The notes under the pieces were generated by a model that did not search any database, was not told the origin of the DNA, and saw only the letters and a list, made by a program, of their open reading frames with translations. DNA of 64,000 nt from Gemmatimonadota bacterium (GTDB lineage: Bacteria; Gemmatimonadota; Gemmatimonadetes; Palauibacterales; KS3-K002): contig CP070722.1 in assembly GCA_020350785.1 (NCBI GenBank), positions 3,684,241 through 3,748,240 of the forward strand, written 5' to 3'. Below are positions 27,434-36,693 of this stretch, one piece after another. Each line of letters opens with the position of its first letter. Within the stretch, counting starts at the first letter, position 1. The position numbers and the translations under genes were made by a program.

Positions 27434-27910
27434 GTGAAGGTCGCATTGGTGGCCGTGGGAGCTCCGAAGATGGCGGCCCTGGCGGCGGCCATTCGGGAAT
27501 ACGAGGGGCGTATCTCTCACTATTTCAGGTATGAGGTGGTCGAGATCCGCGGCCGGCGGCTGACGCCGGGTGCGGACACGGCTCGAATAGCTGACGAGGA
27601 GTCCCGCGAATTGCAGGCAAGGGTACCCGCCGGCTTGGAGCTCGTGGCCCTCGACGAGGATGGCGAGCGATGGTCCTCGGAGCGGCTGGCCGACTATTTG
27701 GGAGAGCTCGCGACACTCGGGAAACCGGGCGCGGCCTTTGTGATCGGCGGCCCCGCCGGTCTGAGTAAGGCGTTGTGTCGGACAGCCGACCGTGTCCTTT
27801 GCCTGTCTTCGTTCACGCTCCCTCATGAGCTGGCACGCTTGGTCTTGGTAGAACAGATCTACCGCGCCGGCACGATCCAGAGATCCGAACCGTATCACCG
27901 AGGAGGATGA
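27434..27910 (+). CDS. rlmH: 23S rRNA (pseudouridine1915-N3)-methyltransferase RlmH (SPOUT family)
   Basis: MKVALVAVG...FVIGGPAGLS...LCLSSFTLPHELARLVLVEQIYRA...EPYHR collinear with E. coli RlmH. GTG 27434. Confidence 0.85.
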   Translation: MKVALVAVGAPKMAALAAAIREYEGRISHYFRYEVVEIRGRRLTPGADTARIADEESRELQARVPAGLELVALDEDGERWSSERLADYLGELATLGKPGAAFVIGGPAGLSKALCRTADRVLCLSSFTLPHELARLVLVEQIYRAGTIQRSEPYHRGG

Positions 27911-28659
27911 GCGAGACCGCGCGCGCTCCCGAATGGTACCGGGAATGGTTCGGTGAGGAGTACTTGGCTTTGTATCCTCACCGTGATGAAGACGAGGCCC
28001 AAGCCGGCGTGGCCCTGCTCATGAGCGTCCTGGGACGGCCTGATGGAATCGTCCTCGACCTGGCATGCGGCGCCGGACGCCACATGCGCGAGTTCAGGCG
28101 CCGAGGCGTCCAGGCAGTCGGTCTGGACCTGTCCATCGCCCAATTGCGCCAGGCGAGAGCTGGGCCGGAAAAGCTGGTCGTGGTGGAAGGCGACATGAGG
28201 CACCTGCCGTTCGCCGCTGCGAGCTTCCAGGTGGTGACCAACTTCTTCACCTCCTTCGGCTACTTTGCACAGCCCGAGGAAGACCTACAGGTGTTGGCAG
28301 AAATCCGGCGCGTGCTGAGCAGAGACGGAGCCTTCATGCTTGACTTTCTAAACGCCGATCGGGTACGACGAGCGCTGATCCCTCGCGATGAGCGGAATCT
28401 AGGCGAAAGGCGCGTGGTGCAGGAGCGCCGCCTTGAGGAAAAGGGTAAGGTGGTAGTGAAGGAGATACGCATCTACGAGCGCGGACGCGACCGGCCCGTT
28501 GGCACCTATTACGAGCGCGTCCGCCTGTACGCGCCGATGGAGCTGGTCGAGATGCTGAGCGCCGCCGGTCTGAAGCCGGATTCGACCTATGGTGACTACC
28601 ATGGCGGGGAAGCCTGTAGTGATTGTCCCCGCTACATTCTGATTGGCCACGCGACATGA
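27907..28659 (+). CDS. Class I SAM-dependent methyltransferase
   Basis: Motif I VLDLACGAGRH, Methyltransf_11/25-like. ATGA overlap with rlmH stop. Confidence 0.75.
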   Translation: MSETARAPEWYREWFGEEYLALYPHRDEDEAQAGVALLMSVLGRPDGIVLDLACGAGRHMREFRRRGVQAVGLDLSIAQLRQARAGPEKLVVVEGDMRHLPFAAASFQVVTNFFTSFGYFAQPEEDLQVLAEIRRVLSRDGAFMLDFLNADRVRRALIPRDERNLGERRVVQERRLEEKGKVVVKEIRIYERGRDRPVGTYYERVRLYAPMELVEMLSAAGLKPDSTYGDYHGGEACSDCPRYILIGHAT

Positions 28660-30263
28660 CCATCGCGATCGACCGTCAATCACTGGAGGGATCGCAGCTG
28701 TTCTCTGCCTATCTCCAGGATTACCTGAGCGTCGCGCGTTTCTATCCCGCCGGCTCACCGGCCGACTTGGGCAGCTACCGGAAGGTCCTTGAGCAAATCC
28801 ACACCAGCTGGGCGGACTCGCGCTGGCAGGCGCTAAGAGAAGTCGGCCATGTTGCCAGCCCCGCCATCAGGGCGCGCCTTGAGGAGCTTGTGGAAGAGAA
28901 GGGTGTGCTGATCTCCACCGGCCAACAGGCCGGCCTGTTTCTGGGACCGCTCTACACTATCTACAAGGCGCTGACCGCGGCCCGCCTAGCTGAACTTCTC
29001 GAGAAATCCTTAGGGGTCCCTGTGATGCCCATGTTCACGGTTGCCTCTGAGGATCATGATTGGGGCGAGGTGGACCATACCTATCTCATCGACTTGGAGA
29101 ATCAGCTCGTCCGCCTCGCCGTGCACGCGCCCGGCATGGACGATCCCCAGGCGCCATCTACGCCGGTGGAGCGGATACCTGTTCCCAGCGATATCGAACA
29201 GGCGGTAGCCAAGCTCGTCCAAGTTACTCCCAACTCTGAGTTTAAGGTCTCGTTGCTCGACCCACTTCGAATGGCCTATCGCCCCGGGCGCAGCTTTGCC
29301 GAGGCGTTTCAAGACGCCTTCGAGAGCCTGCTCGGGCGTTACGGCTTCCTCGTCCAGCGAACGGCAAGCCCTTATGTGAAGCGAGCGACGCGCGAGTTGC
29401 TCTGGTCGGAATGGCGGCGACGTCATCAGAGTTCGGAACGGCTTCTACGGCGCAGCGCAGAGCTCAAGGCGGCCGACTTTGCCGAGCAGGTTGCAGTCAC
29501 CGAGAAGAGCACGAACCTCTTCTACGATGGCCCCCTCGGACGCGACCGGATTCTGATGGAGGACGGGGAAGGGCGGCTGCGTCGAGCAGGTGATCGGTTG
29601 AGCGAGTTGGAACTGCGCGCCGCACTCGAGGGCAGTCCGGAGCGCGTGAGCCCGGGCGCGCTGCTGCGCCCGGTGACCGAGGCGCATGCCTTTCCCGTGG
29701 TGGCCTACGTCGGCGGCCCAGCCGAGATCGCCTATCTGGCGCAGAGTCAGGTCCTGTTCGAGCTGCATGGGGTACCAAGTCCCGTTATCGTGCCGCGGAA
29801 CGCCTTCCTGCTCATCGAGCCGAAGGTTGCCAGGGTGCTGGAAAAGTACGAAATGGCGCCGACCGATCTCGCAGGTGACCCGCGGGCGATGGTCAACCGC
29901 CAGCTTGAGGAGCGCACGCCGCCAACACTTCGGGATTCCCTGGCGCGGCTGCGGGAAATGGTCACGGCAGGGCTGGGTGCGGTCGAGGAAGCGGCCCTCG
30001 AGTTCGACCCGGGCAGCACGGGCACGGTCGGCAAGAGTGCAAAGGCGGTCCAACAATCGATCGATGCGCTGGAAGCCAAGCTCCAGGCCCGCGTGCGAGA
30101 GAGGCACGACATCATGAAACAGCAGCTGCTAAAGGCGGCGCTCAACCTCTACCCTGAGGGGCGACCGCAGGAGCGGGTGCTCAACGCCTATCCCTTTCTG
30201 GTGCGGTACGGTGAGGCGCTATTGGACGACATCTATTCCTTGGTACGCACGCCATTGGGATAG
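28656..30263 (+). CDS. bshC: Bacillithiol biosynthesis cysteine-adding enzyme BshC
   Basis: Blocks GQQAGLFLGPLYTIYK, VMPMFTVASEDHDWGEVDH, NLFYDGPLGRDRI and VAYVGGPAEIAYLAQ correspond to Bacillus BshC/YllA. ATGA overlap with upstream methyltransferase. Confidence 0.88.
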   Translation: MTIAIDRQSLEGSQLFSAYLQDYLSVARFYPAGSPADLGSYRKVLEQIHTSWADSRWQALREVGHVASPAIRARLEELVEEKGVLISTGQQAGLFLGPLYTIYKALTAARLAELLEKSLGVPVMPMFTVASEDHDWGEVDHTYLIDLENQLVRLAVHAPGMDDPQAPSTPVERIPVPSDIEQAVAKLVQVTPNSEFKVSLLDPLRMAYRPGRSFAEAFQDAFESLLGRYGFLVQRTASPYVKRATRELLWSEWRRRHQSSERLLRRSAELKAADFAEQVAVTEKSTNLFYDGPLGRDRILMEDGEGRLRRAGDRLSELELRAALEGSPERVSPGALLRPVTEAHAFPVVAYVGGPAEIAYLAQSQVLFELHGVPSPVIVPRNAFLLIEPKVARVLEKYEMAPTDLAGDPRAMVNRQLEERTPPTLRDSLARLREMVTAGLGAVEEAALEFDPGSTGTVGKSAKAVQQSIDALEAKLQARVRERHDIMKQQLLKAALNLYPEGRPQERVLNAYPFLVRYGEALLDDIYSLVRTPLG

Positions 30264-30323
30264 ATTACTTGCCGTAGAGCGGATTGCCGCCTACGTTTTG
30301 GCCTGAGTCTTCAAATCGAGGTT

Positions 30324-30602
30324 TTGAGCGTAATGGTCTGGGTTCTCGGCGTAGTCGTCCTGCTCCTGATGATGATCCCGCTCACCGCCATAGTGCTGGA
30401 TTCGGAGGTGGGCAGAGCTCTGGCGCGTCGTTTGGGCGCGGGGGCCACCGACGCCGAGGGTGATGTTCGCCTGAAGCGGTTGGAGGAGGAGGTCCGTTAT
30501 CTGACCGAGACCGTCGAGTCGCTGCAAGACGAGACGACATTCATCAGGCAGCTTCTGGAAGCACCCAAGACTCCGGAGTCATTGCCACCCGGTGAGAACT
30601 GA
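30324..30602 (+). CDS. Small membrane-anchored coiled-coil protein (FtsB/DivIC-like architecture), hypothetical
   Basis: N-terminal TM helix VWVLGVVVLLLMMIPLTAIVL then heptad-like LKRLEEEVRYLTETVESLQDE. Overlaps murJ start. Confidence 0.4.
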   Translation: MSVMVWVLGVVVLLLMMIPLTAIVLDSEVGRALARRLGAGATDAEGDVRLKRLEEEVRYLTETVESLQDETTFIRQLLEAPKTPESLPPGEN

Positions 30603-32169
30603 GAGGACGAAAGCAGTGGGCCGGCAGCCCCGCCCCGCTCTCGCGGTGGGAGCGGGGATTTTTTTGAGTCGCCTGGCGGGCTTCGGTCGTGACGTAGCGA
30701 TCGCGGCGTTTTTCGGAACCAGCGTGGCCGCGGATGCTTACGTTGCGGCTCTGCGCATTCCCAACGTCATCCGCAACCTGCTGGGTGAAGGGACGCTCTC
30801 GGCCTCGTTCATCCCGGTTTACAGCGGCTTACTGGGCCGCCAGGCCAACGCGGATGCCCGCCGCCTGGCGGGCAACGTCCTGGGTCTGCTTCTGGTGCTG
30901 GCCGCAGCGCTGAGCGGCCTGGGGGTCCTCTTGGCCCCGTGGCTGACCCGCATTCTCTTGCCGGGAAGTGACCGGCTGACAGTCGACCTCGCCACCCGAC
31001 TGGTGCGCATCCTTTTCCCGATGGCGGGGTTCATGATTTTGGCGGCCTGGTGCCTGGGGGTGCTCAACAGCCACCGCCGCTTCTTCTTGACCTTCGCGGC
31101 TCCCACCGTCTGGAATCTCTCCCAAATCGCGGGGCTCTTGATCGCCTGGCGGTTGGGCTGGGAGCCGCTAGTCCTGGCCCTCGCCTGGGCGACGATGATC
31201 GGCGGAGCGCTGCAGTTCGTCGTACAACTTCCCGCCGCGCGCCGCCTTGCCGGGGGATTTCGCCTGTCGCTCAGTACCGATTGGAGCCCCGTGCGCCGGG
31301 TGATCGCCAACTTCGGACCCGTCGTGCTGGGGGCAGGGGTCGCCCAGGTATCGAGTATCCTGGACACGGTCCTGGCAAGTTTTCTGGCCTCCGGCGCCCT
31401 CGCCACCCTGTACTATACCCAGCGACTCTACTTTCTCCCGCTCAGCCTCTTTGGAATCGCCGTGTCAGCCTCCGCCCTGCCTGAGCTCTCGCGCGAGGCC
31501 GAGCGGGACGCGGTTGACGCGTTACGACGGCGGCTGGCCCGTGGGTTCCGGAACATCATCTTCACCGTCCTGCCGTCCGCCGTCGTGTTCATCCTGTTCG
31601 GTGACTGGATCGTCGCGACGCTCCTGCAGCGTGGCGATTTCATCGTCGAGGACACCACGCTCGTTCATGCCACGCTGGCCGCCTACTCAATCGGTCTGGT
31701 CGCGGCCTCGTCGATAAAGCTCTTCGCCTCCGGGTTCCACGCCATGCTCGACACGCGCACACCCGTACGCTACGCGGCAGTCTCACTGGGCGTGGGCGCT
31801 TGCGTCGGGGCGGCGCTCATGTGGCCGCTGTACGTACCGGGCCTGGCCGTCGGTGCCGCACTCGGCTCCTGGTGCTACCTGGCACTGCTGTGGCGGGGTC
31901 TCGGGAGGCGGATCGGGCCGCTCTTCGGCTGGCCGGATCTTGGCTATGTGGCTAGGGTGTCAGTGGCCTGCCTGATCGCAATGTGCGCCGCCGTGGCCCT
32001 CGAGTCATGGCTGTCCCCCTCGGTTGGAGTGGAAACCCCCCTGGGGAGTCGCCTGGCGGTGACTGCCGGAACGCTGGGCGCCTTCGGTGTAGTATATCTA
32101 CTTGCCGCTTGGTTGCTGAAGGCATTGCCCGCCGGAGGCTTGAGTGTGTGGAAAACCACTTCCGGCTGA
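30592..32169 (+). CDS. murJ: Lipid II flippase MurJ (MviN)
   Basis: LSRLAGFGRDVAIAAFFGTSVAADAYVAALRIPNVIRNLLGEG and 14 predicted TM segments. GTG start, with 30616 as alternative. Confidence 0.85.
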   Translation: MRTERTKAVGRQPRPALAVGAGIFLSRLAGFGRDVAIAAFFGTSVAADAYVAALRIPNVIRNLLGEGTLSASFIPVYSGLLGRQANADARRLAGNVLGLLLVLAAALSGLGVLLAPWLTRILLPGSDRLTVDLATRLVRILFPMAGFMILAAWCLGVLNSHRRFFLTFAAPTVWNLSQIAGLLIAWRLGWEPLVLALAWATMIGGALQFVVQLPAARRLAGGFRLSLSTDWSPVRRVIANFGPVVLGAGVAQVSSILDTVLASFLASGALATLYYTQRLYFLPLSLFGIAVSASALPELSREAERDAVDALRRRLARGFRNIIFTVLPSAVVFILFGDWIVATLLQRGDFIVEDTTLVHATLAAYSIGLVAASSIKLFASGFHAMLDTRTPVRYAAVSLGVGACVGAALMWPLYVPGLAVGAALGSWCYLALLWRGLGRRIGPLFGWPDLGYVARVSVACLIAMCAAVALESWLSPSVGVETPLGSRLAVTAGTLGAFGVVYLLAAWLLKALPAGGLSVWKTTSG

Positions 32170-32174
32170 CGGAG

Positions 32175-34013
32175 ATGTCTCACTCACCGGGGATCGATGA
32201 GAAGCTGGCAGCCCTCCCGGCCGCCGCCGGCGTGTACGTTCTCAGGAACGCTGCGGGCAAAGCCGTTTACGTCGGCAAGGCGAAGTCGTTACGGGATAGG
32301 GTCCGCTCGTATTTCCGAGACGACACGTACTCCGGGCACAAACCGCCCGAAATGTTGGACAGCCTAGCCAACTTCGAGACCATAGTCACGGGCTCGGAAG
32401 CCGAGGCGTTGATCCTCGAATCGAACCTCATCAAGGAATACTCTCCTCGCTATAACATCAGGCTTCGTGACGACAAGACCTATCCTTACATCAAGGTGAC
32501 GCTGGCAGAGCCGTTTCCACGTGTCTTCGTTACGCGCCGGCTCAGCAGGGACGGATCACGCTACTTCGGCCCCTACGCCGACGTCGGCCACATGCGGCGC
32601 GCGCTACGAGCCATAAAGAAGCTGTATACGATTCGTTCCTGCCACTATGACCTTCCCAAACAAGCCCCACCGCGCCCCTGCCTGGACTACTACATTGGCC
32701 GTTGCAAGGCGCCGTGCGTAGACTATCAAAGTGCGGACGAGTACGGCGCTATGATCGACGAGGTCCTTCTGGTTCTTCAGGGCCACACAGGCAGGCTCGC
32801 GACGAGACTGACCGAGCGGATGGCGGAGGCTGCGAAGTCGCTGGAGTTCGAACGGGCGGCGGAGTATCGGGACACTCTCAGAGGACTGGAGGAGCTGGAG
32901 CGCCGTCAGCTGGCGATCGATCCACGAGGGGGCGATCTCGATTCGGTTGGCATCGCCCGGGACGGTGATCTAGCCTGCGGAGTTATCCTGAAGATCCGCG
33001 AGGGTAAGCTCTTGGGTCGCGAAGCACACTTCCTGGGGAACGTGCACGGTAAGCCGGACGAGTCCGTTCTCTCCGCCTTCCTCGCACGCTACTACCTTTC
33101 GCAGCAGGAGTTTGGCAAAGAGCTGCTTGTACCGTATGGCTTTGCTGACGGAGCGCTTATCGAGGAACACATGCAGGCGCGATTGGACCGAGTGTTTCGA
33201 TTGCGAGCCCCAAAGCGTGGACTGAAACGCGACTTGGTGATCCGCGCTGAAGAGAATGCCCGCCACCTGTTAGAGGAGAGGCGACTGGTGGAAGGGCAGG
33301 CGGAGAGACGTGCCCCCCCGGCGCTCTACTCGTTGAAGAATAACCTCAATCTGGAGCGAGTACCGCGCTCGATCATCGGATTCGACATCTCGAACCTTCA
33401 AGGCTCCGATCCCGTGGGCGCGGCGGTCTGGTTCGAGAACGGGCTCCCGCTGAAGAGTGCATACCGCCGGTTCCGGGTCGAGTCCGTGGAGGGACCCGAC
33501 GACTATGCGGCGATGCAAGAGGTTGTGGCCCGATACTTCACGCGCTGCCTGGAAGAGGAAAAACGTCTTCCCGATCTCGTGTTGATCGACGGCGGGCGCG
33601 GGCAGCTCTCGGCGGCTGCGCAGGCGCTCGAGCGCGCCGGCTTACCCGACCTTCCCGTGGTCGCCCTGGCGAAGCGCGAGGAACTGATCTTCACCCTCGA
33701 CAGGGATGAGCCGCTTCGGTTGGATCGGCGTGAGCCCGGCCTGCGTGTTCTACAGCAAGTGCGGGATGAAGTTCACAGGTTCGGCCTGCAATACCATCGC
33801 CAACGCCGCAGAAAACGCACCCTCCGTTCTGCGTTGTTGGATATACCCGGGGTGGGTCCGGCGCGCCAGAAGGCCTTGATGCAGAATTTCGGCAGCCTGA
33901 AAGCGATCAAAGCGGCCGGCGAAGAGGACATTGCCCGCGTCTCTGGAATCGGGCCCACACTCGCCGCCGAGATCGCTCGGCGATTGCGGGCGGCGGACGG
34001 TGAGGTTCCGTGA
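32175..34013 (+). CDS. uvrC: Excinuclease ABC subunit C
   Basis: GIY-YIG N-terminus (GVYVLRNAAGKAVYVGKAKSLRDRVRSYF), UVR motif, C-terminal HhH. The track ORF extends upstream in frame. ATG 32175 has GGAG SD. Confidence 0.9.
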   Translation: MSHSPGIDEKLAALPAAAGVYVLRNAAGKAVYVGKAKSLRDRVRSYFRDDTYSGHKPPEMLDSLANFETIVTGSEAEALILESNLIKEYSPRYNIRLRDDKTYPYIKVTLAEPFPRVFVTRRLSRDGSRYFGPYADVGHMRRALRAIKKLYTIRSCHYDLPKQAPPRPCLDYYIGRCKAPCVDYQSADEYGAMIDEVLLVLQGHTGRLATRLTERMAEAAKSLEFERAAEYRDTLRGLEELERRQLAIDPRGGDLDSVGIARDGDLACGVILKIREGKLLGREAHFLGNVHGKPDESVLSAFLARYYLSQQEFGKELLVPYGFADGALIEEHMQARLDRVFRLRAPKRGLKRDLVIRAEENARHLLEERRLVEGQAERRAPPALYSLKNNLNLERVPRSIIGFDISNLQGSDPVGAAVWFENGLPLKSAYRRFRVESVEGPDDYAAMQEVVARYFTRCLEEEKRLPDLVLIDGGRGQLSAAAQALERAGLPDLPVVALAKREELIFTLDRDEPLRLDRREPGLRVLQQVRDEVHRFGLQYHRQRRRKRTLRSALLDIPGVGPARQKALMQNFGSLKAIKAAGEEDIARVSGIGPTLAAEIARRLRAADGEVP

Positions 34014-34092
34014 GCCGTTCTTGTTCAAGGCTGCTGCGGCCTCTATCTTCAGCCCGCTCGAGCCGTCAACGTAACCAGCCGACCAAGCTCCA

Positions 34093-35535
34093 ATGACCGT
34101 CAGGACGCGATTCGCGCCGAGTCCGACCGGCGAGTTGCACCTCGGCAACGCTCGTATCGCTGTGCTGAACTGGCTCTTTGCCCGGCACAGTGGTGGGGCA
34201 TTCGTTCTGCGAATCGAGGATACCGACGTCGACCGCAATCTACCAGGCTCCGAATATGAGATCATGGAAGCCCTGCGCGGGATCGGCGTGACGTGGGATG
34301 AGGGACCCGACGTGGGCGGGCCCTGCGGGCCCTATCGACAGAGTGAACGAGGGGCGGTTTACGCCGAGCAGGCGGCGGCGCTTGTCCACTCAGGGTATGC
34401 CTTCCGTTGCTACTGTTCGGCCGAAGAACTGGAAGCGAGGAGAGAGCAGGCGCTGGCTCGCGGCGCGAAGGCAATCTATGACGGTCGGTGTCGCGGTCTG
34501 AGCCCCCTCGAGCAGCAGCGCCACGCAGAGCGCGGTCTCGTACCTTCGCTGCGCTTCGCGGTTCCGGAGGAAGAGGTCGTGGTGAGTGATTTTGTGCGTG
34601 GCCGGATCACGTTCGACCCGGGAGAGTTTGGCGACTTCGTAATCATGAAGTCGGATGGTCTTCCGACGTACAACTTCGGCGTCGTCGTCGACGACCACGG
34701 CATGGACATCAGTCATGTAATCCGCGGCGTCGGTCACCTGGCCAACACGCCGCGGCAGGTCATGCTGTACCGAGCCTTCGGTTGGGAACCGCCGCTGTTT
34801 GTGCACGTCCCTCACGTCCTGAGTCCCGAGGGTGGACCGCTGTCGAAGCGTCACGGCGCGCGCAGCCTTCGCGAATACCTCGAAGCAGGGTATCACCCGG
34901 ATGCGCTCGTCAATTACCTGTCCCTTCTTTCGTGGTCGAGCCCAAGCGGCGAGGAGATCCTGACGAGAGAGCGTTTGATTGGAGAGATCGATCTCGCCCG
35001 ACTCGGCGCCAGCGATGTCCGGCTGGATCCTGACAAACTGGAATGGCTGTCTGGCGAGCACATCCGAGGAATGGAAGCGGAAGCGTTGGCAGCTCGCTTG
35101 GCTGAGCATCTCGGCGACAGATATCCGGAAGCGGCGGAACAGCGATTGCGGTTCGCGTCGTCGATTCGCGAGCGCATCACGACGTTCCGATCGGCGGAGC
35201 GCTTTCTGTCCCAATTGTATCCGCCGGACCCGATGGAGTGGTCGCCGACCGCCCTGGAGGCCATGTCTAGAGAGGGAGTGCCGCGACTTCTGGAGACGGC
35301 GCGGGCCATGCTGCGAGGTGTGGAAGACTGGGACGGCGAGACGGCGCTCCTGGCCATCCGAGCGGCGGGTAAGGCGGCGGGCCTGAAAGGGCGTGACCTG
35401 TTCATGCCCGTGCGCGCCGCGCTGACGGGTGCCACCCAGGGGCCCGAGCTGGCCGACATCTTGGCGATTCAGGGTAAGGCAACGGCGCTCAGAGTGCTGG
35501 AGCAGGCTCTCGCTCTCAGGTACGGTTCGGGATGA
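34093..35535 (+). CDS. gltX: Glutamate--tRNA ligase
   Basis: HIGH-type motif (PSPTGELHLGNAR) and KMSKS-type (PLSKRHG). Confidence 0.92.
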   Translation: MTVRTRFAPSPTGELHLGNARIAVLNWLFARHSGGAFVLRIEDTDVDRNLPGSEYEIMEALRGIGVTWDEGPDVGGPCGPYRQSERGAVYAEQAAALVHSGYAFRCYCSAEELEARREQALARGAKAIYDGRCRGLSPLEQQRHAERGLVPSLRFAVPEEEVVVSDFVRGRITFDPGEFGDFVIMKSDGLPTYNFGVVVDDHGMDISHVIRGVGHLANTPRQVMLYRAFGWEPPLFVHVPHVLSPEGGPLSKRHGARSLREYLEAGYHPDALVNYLSLLSWSSPSGEEILTRERLIGEIDLARLGASDVRLDPDKLEWLSGEHIRGMEAEALAARLAEHLGDRYPEAAEQRLRFASSIRERITTFRSAERFLSQLYPPDPMEWSPTALEAMSREGVPRLLETARAMLRGVEDWDGETALLAIRAAGKAAGLKGRDLFMPVRAALTGATQGPELADILAIQGKATALRVLEQALALRYGSG

Positions 35536-36689
35536 AGTTCGAGTTCGTGCTTCACTGCTCGCGATGTGGCTGGCAGCGCGATCCAGAGGGAACGCCGGGT
35601 GTTTGTGAGGTCTGTGGGGCGCCCTTGTTAGTCGATTACCCGCTCGAGCAGTTGGCGGAACACTTTAGGCCCGAGTCCGTCGAAGGGCGGCCCTGGACGA
35701 TGTGGCGTTACCGCGAGGTGATGCCCCTGGCCGTCGACGAGCACCCGATCAGCCTCGGCGAGGGTGGTACGCCGCTGGTCGGCATACCGCGCCTGGCACA
35801 GAGAGCGGGGGTCGCCGAGGTCTGGATCAAGGACGAAGGTCTGAACCCCACCGCCTCCTTCAAGGCCCGAGGGATGTCCGCAGCCGTGACGCGGGCGGCT
35901 GCCGGGGGCGCACCGGGGTTCGTCGCACCCTCTGCCGGCAATGCGGCGGGAGCGCTATCAGCCTATGGAGCGAGAGCCGGGTTGCCCGTGCGGGTCTACA
36001 TGCCGAAGGACACACCGGCGCCCATTGTGGCGGAGTGCCGCGCCCTGGGTGCCGACGTCGTTCTCATTAACGGAGTGATCACCGACTGCGGTGTCTTGGC
36101 GCGTGCCTACGCTCGGGACACGGGCTACTTCGATGTGTCCACATTGCGAGAACCCTACCGGGTCGAAGGTAAGAAGACCATGGGCTATGAGATCTGTGAG
36201 CAGCTCGGTTGGGACTTGCCCGACGCCATCATCTACCCAACTGGTGGGGGGACGGGCATCATCGGCATGTGGAAGGCTTTTGCGGAACTGGAGGCTCTGG
36301 GTTGGCTGCCTGCAGGCCGGCGGCCGCGTATGCACGTCGTGCAGTCGGCCGGCTGCGCTCCGATCGTTCGGGCCTGGCGCCAGGGGACCGAGAGCGCCGA
36401 ACCCTGGACATCACCCGAGACCGTGGCATCAGGTCTGAGGGTTCCCGCGGCGCTGGGCGACTTTCTGATCCTGCGGGCCATCGCCGCGAGCGGAGGCGCC
36501 GCGGTGGCGGTGGCCGATTCGGAATTACTGCGCTGCGCCGACGAACTGCTCCATTGTGGAATTGGAGCCTGTCCCGAGGGGGGAGCGACTCTGGCGGCAC
36601 TCTACCAGTTGCGAGCAGCCGGTCACATCGGACCCGACGAGAGGGTCATCTGTTTCAATACGGGTGCCTGGCTCAAATACCTCGAGTAG
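35532..36689 (+). CDS. thrC: Threonine synthase (PLP-dependent, with N-terminal zinc ribbon)
   Basis: CSRCGW...CEVCG finger. PLP-lysine motif SFKARGMSAAV. ATGA overlap with gltX. Confidence 0.85.
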   Translation: MKFEFVLHCSRCGWQRDPEGTPGVCEVCGAPLLVDYPLEQLAEHFRPESVEGRPWTMWRYREVMPLAVDEHPISLGEGGTPLVGIPRLAQRAGVAEVWIKDEGLNPTASFKARGMSAAVTRAAAGGAPGFVAPSAGNAAGALSAYGARAGLPVRVYMPKDTPAPIVAECRALGADVVLINGVITDCGVLARAYARDTGYFDVSTLREPYRVEGKKTMGYEICEQLGWDLPDAIIYPTGGGTGIIGMWKAFAELEALGWLPAGRRPRMHVVQSAGCAPIVRAWRQGTESAEPWTSPETVASGLRVPAALGDFLILRAIAASGGAAVAVADSELLRCADELLHCGIGACPEGGATLAALYQLRAAGHIGPDERVICFNTGAWLKYLE

Positions 36690-36693
36690 GACG

